DNA from: an uncultured Janibacter sp.
GTDB lineage: Bacteria > Actinomycetota > Actinomycetes > Actinomycetales > Dermatophilaceae
Length of the DNA: 64,000 bases
Reading direction: 5' to 3'
NCBI GenBank assembly: GCA_964430615.1
Contig: CAYSGN010000005.1
Coordinates: 3,395 to 67,394, forward strand
Shown here: positions 59,901 through 64,000 of the stretch, piece by piece
Layout: every line of letters starts with the position of its first letter
Position numbering within the stretch: position 1 is the stretch's first letter
Notes under the pieces: generated by a model
The model's database searches: none
Told to the model about the DNA's origin: nothing
Seen by the model: only the letters and a program-made list of their open reading frames with translations
Position numbers and translations under genes: made by a program

Positions 59901-60457
59901 GTCCCCTCCCCCCGGCGCGGACGGGAGCTGCGCCGCGGACGCTCCAGCGCCTGCACCTCGGCCGGGTCGGCGGCGGCGGGGTCGAGCTCGGGCGGGGCGG
60001 GGACCTCCTGCGCCCACTCCCCGAGTCGCTCCTTCTCGTGGAGCAGGTCACGGATGTCGGTCTCGGCGTATTCGAACTGGGGGCTCCAGAAGAGCGCGTC
60101 GAACGGGCAGACCTCGACGCAGATGCCGCAGTACATGCACAGCGAGAAGTCGATGGCGAAGCGGTCGAGCACGTTGCGCTGCCGCGCCCGGCCCCCTTCG
60201 GTCGCCGGAGGCACCTCCTCCTTGTGGGAGTCGATGTAGATGCACCAGTCCGGGCACTCACGGGCGCAGAGCATGCAGGAGGTGCAGTTCTGCTCGATGA
60301 GCGCGATGACGCCACGGGAGCGGGCGGGCAGGTCCGGCGCGACGTGCGGGTACTCCCGGGTGTGCGACGGCGAGACCAGCTGCCTGGCGGTGGCGGCCAT
60401 CCCCTGGACGAGGCCGGGGAGTGCGCCCGGGGCCTTCGGCCGGTGCTCCTCGGTCAT
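59897..60457 (-). CDS. nuoI: NADH-quinone oxidoreductase subunit I (2x[4Fe-4S])
   Basis: [12 protein letters not shown] and [12 protein letters not shown]. Confidence 0.9.
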   Translation of the reverse strand: MTEEHRPKAPGALPGLVQGMAATARQLVSPSHTREYPHVAPDLPARSRGVIALIEQNCTSCMLCARECPDWCIYIDSHKEEVPPATEGGRARQRNVLDRFAIDFSLCMYCGICVEVCPFDALFWSPQFEYAETDIRDLLHEKERLGEWAQEVPAPPELDPAAADPAEVQALERPRRSSRPRRGEGT

Positions 60458-61410
60458 GACACGATCACCACCCCGACTGCCGTGACGGCCAACTGGACGA
60501 GGGCGAGCGGGACGAGGACGAGCCACGCGAGGCGCTGGATCTGGTCCTCGCGCAGCCGCGGCCAGGCGACCCGCATCCAGATGATGAGCAGCACGACGAC
60601 CAGACCCTTGAGCAGGGTCCACAGCCAGCCGAGCAGGTCCTCCGCCGGGCCGTGCCAGCCGCCCAGCCACAGCACGGCGAAGAAGATCCCCATGACGACC
60701 ATCCCGGCGTACTCCGCGAGCATGAAGAAGGCGAAGCGCAGGCCGGAGTACTCCGTCCACGGGCCCATCACGAGCTCGCTGTCGGCGATCGGCGCGTCGA
60801 AGGGGACCCGCTGCAGCTCGGCGGTCGCGGCGACGAGGAAGACGATCGCCCCGGGCAGCTGCCACAGCAGCCACCACGGGGTCCACTCCTCGACCACCGT
60901 GACGAGGGAGAGGGTGCCGGCGGCCATCGCGACCGATGCGACGGAGAGCACGAGCGGCAGCTCGTAGGCGAGCAGCTGGGCGGCGGCCCGCATGCCGCCG
61001 ACGAGCGCGTACTTGTTGGCGCTCGCCCAGCCGGCCATGAGGGTGCCGAGCACGCCGACCGCGGTCACCGCGAGGACGAGGAGGATGCTGCCGGGCACGT
61101 CCGCGGCGACCAGGCCGGGGTGGATCGGCAGCAGCGCGATCGCGACGAGGTAGGGGATGAGCGCGACGGCCGGCGCGAGACGGAAGACCCCACGGTCCGC
61201 GGCGGCGGGGGTGATGTCCTCCTTCTGGACGAACTTCACCCCGTCCGCCACGAGCTGGGCCCACCCGTGGAAGCCGCCGGCGTACATCGGGCCGAGCCGG
61301 CCCTGCATGTGCGCCATGACCTTGTGCTCGGTCTGCCCGGCGACGAGCGGCAGCACGAGCACCGCGACGAGCGCGGCCAGGGAGCGCAGCGCGATCTCGA
61401 GGACGCTCAT
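60454..61410 (-). CDS. nuoH: NADH-quinone oxidoreductase subunit H
   Basis: [49 protein letters not shown]. Confidence 0.92.
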   Translation of the reverse strand: MSVLEIALRSLAALVAVLVLPLVAGQTEHKVMAHMQGRLGPMYAGGFHGWAQLVADGVKFVQKEDITPAAADRGVFRLAPAVALIPYLVAIALLPIHPGLVAADVPGSILLVLAVTAVGVLGTLMAGWASANKYALVGGMRAAAQLLAYELPLVLSVASVAMAAGTLSLVTVVEEWTPWWLLWQLPGAIVFLVAATAELQRVPFDAPIADSELVMGPWTEYSGLRFAFFMLAEYAGMVVMGIFFAVLWLGGWHGPAEDLLGWLWTLLKGLVVVLLIIWMRVAWPRLREDQIQRLAWLVLVPLALVQLAVTAVGVVIVS

Positions 61411-62027
61411 CGTTCCTCCCCCTTCGCCGGGCCCCGCTCGTCGTCCGCGGGCCCCGCTGCGCGCGGAGCCCCCGTCGCGGACCCCGAGCGGGGCTCGGGG
61501 GGACGGGGACCCCAGTCCGGGCCCGGGACGCCGGGAGCGGTCACCCGGCGGCGGCTCGGGGAGCGCTTGGAACCGCGCCCCTCACCGGGCTCCTTGCCGC
61601 CCGGCCACGGCTTGGTCGCCCGGGAGGCGAGCACGAAGGACTTGCGCAGCGGGTGCCCCTCGAAGCCCTCCGGCAGGAGCAGCGGCCGCAGCCCCTCGCC
61701 CGTCCCGTCGTCGAAGCCGGTGACCTCCAGGCCGAACATCTCGTGGGTCTCGCGCTCGTGCCAGGCCGCCCCGGCGAAGACACCGGTGAGGCTGGGCAGG
61801 CCGACGCGGGCGGGGACCCGGACGCGCAGCAGCAACGTGCGCTGGTCGCGCTCCGGGGTCGGTCGCGGGTCGAGGAGGTGGCAGACGACGTCGAGGCCCG
61901 GGTCCTCCTCGCGGTCGGTCTCGTCGACCGCGCTGAGCCAGTCGAAGAAGGTGTACCCCTCCTCCTTCGCGGCGACGGCGCTCGCGACCCACTCCTGCGG
62001 GGTCGTGGCACGGCTCTCCAGGGGCAC
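61407..62027 (-). CDS. nuoC: NADH-quinone oxidoreductase subunit C
   Basis: [19 protein letters not shown]; low-complexity C-terminal tail. Confidence 0.85.
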   Translation of the reverse strand: MPLESRATTPQEWVASAVAAKEEGYTFFDWLSAVDETDREEDPGLDVVCHLLDPRPTPERDQRTLLLRVRVPARVGLPSLTGVFAGAAWHERETHEMFGLEVTGFDDGTGEGLRPLLLPEGFEGHPLRKSFVLASRATKPWPGGKEPGEGRGSKRSPSRRRVTAPGVPGPDWGPRPPEPRSGSATGAPRAAGPADDERGPAKGEER

Positions 62028-62028
62028 C

Positions 62029-62610
62029 TCAGGCCCCCTTCGTCGGTCGGCGCAGCAGGCCGCGGCGCACCTCTCCGGCGCCGGCGGCGCGGTGGCCGGC
62101 GTACTTGGCGCGCAACGTCCTCGTCGTCAGCGACTCGGCAGCGATCTGCTCCTGGAGGGTGAGGATGCCGTGGAGCAGCGCCTCGGGACGCGGCGGGCAG
62201 CCGGGCACGTAGACATCGACCGGCACGAGCTGGTCCACGCCCTTGGTCACCGAGTAGGAGTCCCAGTACGGGCCGCCGGAGTTGGAGCAGGCACCGAAGG
62301 AGATGACGTACTTCGGCTCGGGCATCTGGTCGTACAGACGGCGGATGGCCGGCGCCATCTTGTCGGTCACCGTGCCGGAGACGACCATGAGGTCCGCCTG
62401 CCGCGGGCCAGGGGCGAAGGGGATGACCCCCAGCCTGATGAAGTCGTGCCGGGCCATCGAGGCCGCGATGAACTCGATGGCGCAGCAGGCCAGCCCGAAG
62501 TTGAAGACCCACAGGCTGTAGCGACGGCCCCAGTTGAGCACGACCTTCATCGGCCGCGGGGCGAAGGCGCCCGCGGCCCCCACGCGCGGCATCGGCAGGT
62601 CGGTCGTCAT
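62029..62610 (-). CDS. nuoB: NADH-quinone oxidoreductase subunit B
   Basis: [35 protein letters not shown]. Confidence 0.92.
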   Translation of the reverse strand: MTTDLPMPRVGAAGAFAPRPMKVVLNWGRRYSLWVFNFGLACCAIEFIAASMARHDFIRLGVIPFAPGPRQADLMVVSGTVTDKMAPAIRRLYDQMPEPKYVISFGACSNSGGPYWDSYSVTKGVDQLVPVDVYVPGCPPRPEALLHGILTLQEQIAAESLTTRTLRAKYAGHRAAGAGEVRRGLLRRPTKGA

Positions 62611-62625
62611 CCCGGACACCCTAGG

Positions 62626-62982
62626 TCAGGTCCACCGCAGCAGCCCGCGACGCACCGCGTGCAGCAGGCCGATGAGGATCACACCGATGAAGATCGCCAC
62701 CTCGACGAGGCTGGCCGCCCCGAGGTCCGTGCGCAGCACGAGCGCCCAGGGGAAGAGGTAGACCACGTCGACGGCGAAGACGACGTAGAGGAAGGCGTAG
62801 GCCAGGTAGCGCACCCGCGTCTGCGCCCAGTGCTCGCCGACGGGGTCGATGCCGGACTCGTAGGTGGTCAGCTTCGCGCGGGTCGGGGCGCGCGGCGCGA
62901 GCAGCCGCCGTGCGGAGTACGCGGCGACGACGAGGAGGACGCCGATGACCAGCACTCCCGCGACGACCAGATAACCATCCAC
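62626..62982 (-). CDS. nuoA: NADH-quinone oxidoreductase subunit A
   Basis: TTYESG, FLYVVFAVD..YL.PWA; GTG 62982 preceded by TATGGT-N6. Confidence 0.88.
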   Translation of the reverse strand: MDGYLVVAGVLVIGVLLVVAAYSARRLLAPRAPTRAKLTTYESGIDPVGEHWAQTRVRYLAYAFLYVVFAVDVVYLFPWALVLRTDLGAASLVEVAIFIGVILIGLLHAVRRGLLRWT

Positions 62983-63109
62983 GCCGACACCATAAACGCG
63001 GGTCCCCGGCGGCGTCGGGAGGTCCCAGAACATGCGGACCCGTCGTGGTGGCCCTAACCTCGGTCCATCGCCGGGCAACGGGGCCCGGCCGAGACACGGA
63101 GGAACCCCT

Positions 63110-64000
63110 GTGCGTCCATCAGCCGCAGCCACCACCGCAGCAGCCGCCACCGCGGCGCTGGCCCTGACCGCCCTCGCCAGCGCTCCCGCGCAGGCGAAGA
63201 ACCCGAACAACTCGAAGAAGATGACCCAGGCGGTCACCGTCGAGAACGTCCACGACCACCTCGAGGCCCTCCAGTCCATCGCGGACGCGCACGACGGCAA
63301 CCGCGCCGCCGGGACCTCGGGGTACGAGGCCAGCGCCGACTACGTCGAGAAGACCCTGCGTGACGCCGGCTACGAGACGGAGCGGCAGTACTTCCCCTTC
63401 GTCTTCGAGGAGGTCCACTCGAGCAGCCTCACCGAGGTCTCCCCCGACGCCCGCGAGGTCGAGCACGTCCCGATGTCCTACAGCCAGCCGACCCCCGCGG
63501 ACGGGGTCACCGGCGACCTGGTCGCCCCCGCGACCGCGACCGGGTGCGATGCGGCCGCCTACGACGGCGCGGACCTCTCCGGCAGCATCGCCCTCGTCAG
63601 CCGCGGCACGTGCAGCTTCGGCGAGAAGGCCGTGGCCGCCGGTGAGGCCGGCGCCGAGGCGGTCATCGTCTACAACAACGAGTCCGGCCCGCTCAACGGC
63701 ACCCTCGGCGGGATCGAGCCGGACAGCGCCCCGGCCACCGGCATCACCCAGGCCGAGGGCGAGGCCCTCCTCGAGAAGATGCAGGCCGGGCCGGTGACGA
63801 TGACCTTCGTCCTCGAGAAGACCATGGAGGAGCGCGAGACCTTCAACGTCATCGCCGAGACCGACACCGGCCGGGACGACAACGTCGTGATGCTCGGGGC
63901 CCACCTGGACAGCGTCATCGACGGGCCGGGCATCAACGACAACGGCTCCGGCACCGCGGCGATCCTCGAGACCGCCGTCCAGCTGAGCAAGGTCAACAAG
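63110..64000 (+). CDS. Secreted M28-family aminopeptidase with PA domain (partial, runs off window end)
   Basis: Hand translation from GTG 63110 (GGAGGA RBS): Ala-rich signal peptide AQA|KNP, GNRAAGTSGY, IALVSRGTCSF.EK (PA domain), LGAHLDSV..GPGINDNGSG. Confidence 0.85.
   Translation, partial: MRPSAAATTAAAATAALALTALASAPAQAKNPNNSKKMTQAVTVENVHDHLEALQSIADAHDGNRAAGTSGYEASADYVEKTLRDAGYETERQYFPFVFEEVHSSSLTEVSPDAREVEHVPMSYSQPTPADGVTGDLVAPATATGCDAAAYDGADLSGSIALVSRGTCSFGEKAVAAGEAGAEAVIVYNNESGPLNGTLGGIEPDSAPATGITQAEGEALLEKMQAGPVTMTFVLEKTMEERETFNVIAETDTGRDDNVVMLGAHLDSVIDGPGINDNGSGTAAILETAVQLSKVNK

Overview
High-GC actinobacterial chromosome segment. Gene content and synteny fit a Micrococcales/Intrasporangiaceae-like organism, but this is inference. 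The left end (1-6.6 kb) is a conserved core block: DUF5709-like fragment, adenosine deaminase, murB, hadB/hadA-like dehydratases, rpmG, tRNA-Met/Thr/Tyr, tag and yajQ. About 6.65-35.5 kb is a large acyl-CoA catabolic cluster. It encodes 4 CoA ligases, 4 acyl-CoA dehydrogenases, a single-chain acyl-CoA carboxylase, a thiolase, SDRs/MDRs, a cyclase-family hydrolase, 2 MFS transporters, a TetR regulator and a HAD-ACAD-kinase trio resembling a split ACAD10. All four divergent promoter regions of this cluster carry a shared (C)TTGAA-N6-TTCAA(G) palindrome. Next come a form II CODH-like molybdoenzyme cluster (mocA-xdhC-coxSLMG), a cstA / small CC-ending protein / ArsA-type ATPase operon, an ogt-ECF sigma-ogt operon, LysR-MFS, pepN and htpX. 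The right end has a complex I-like nuoABCHIJKLMN operon lacking nuoDEFG and a partial M28 peptidase. I saw no integrase, transposase or CRISPR array. Start codons were refined by eye, and family assignments come from motif recognition, not database searches.
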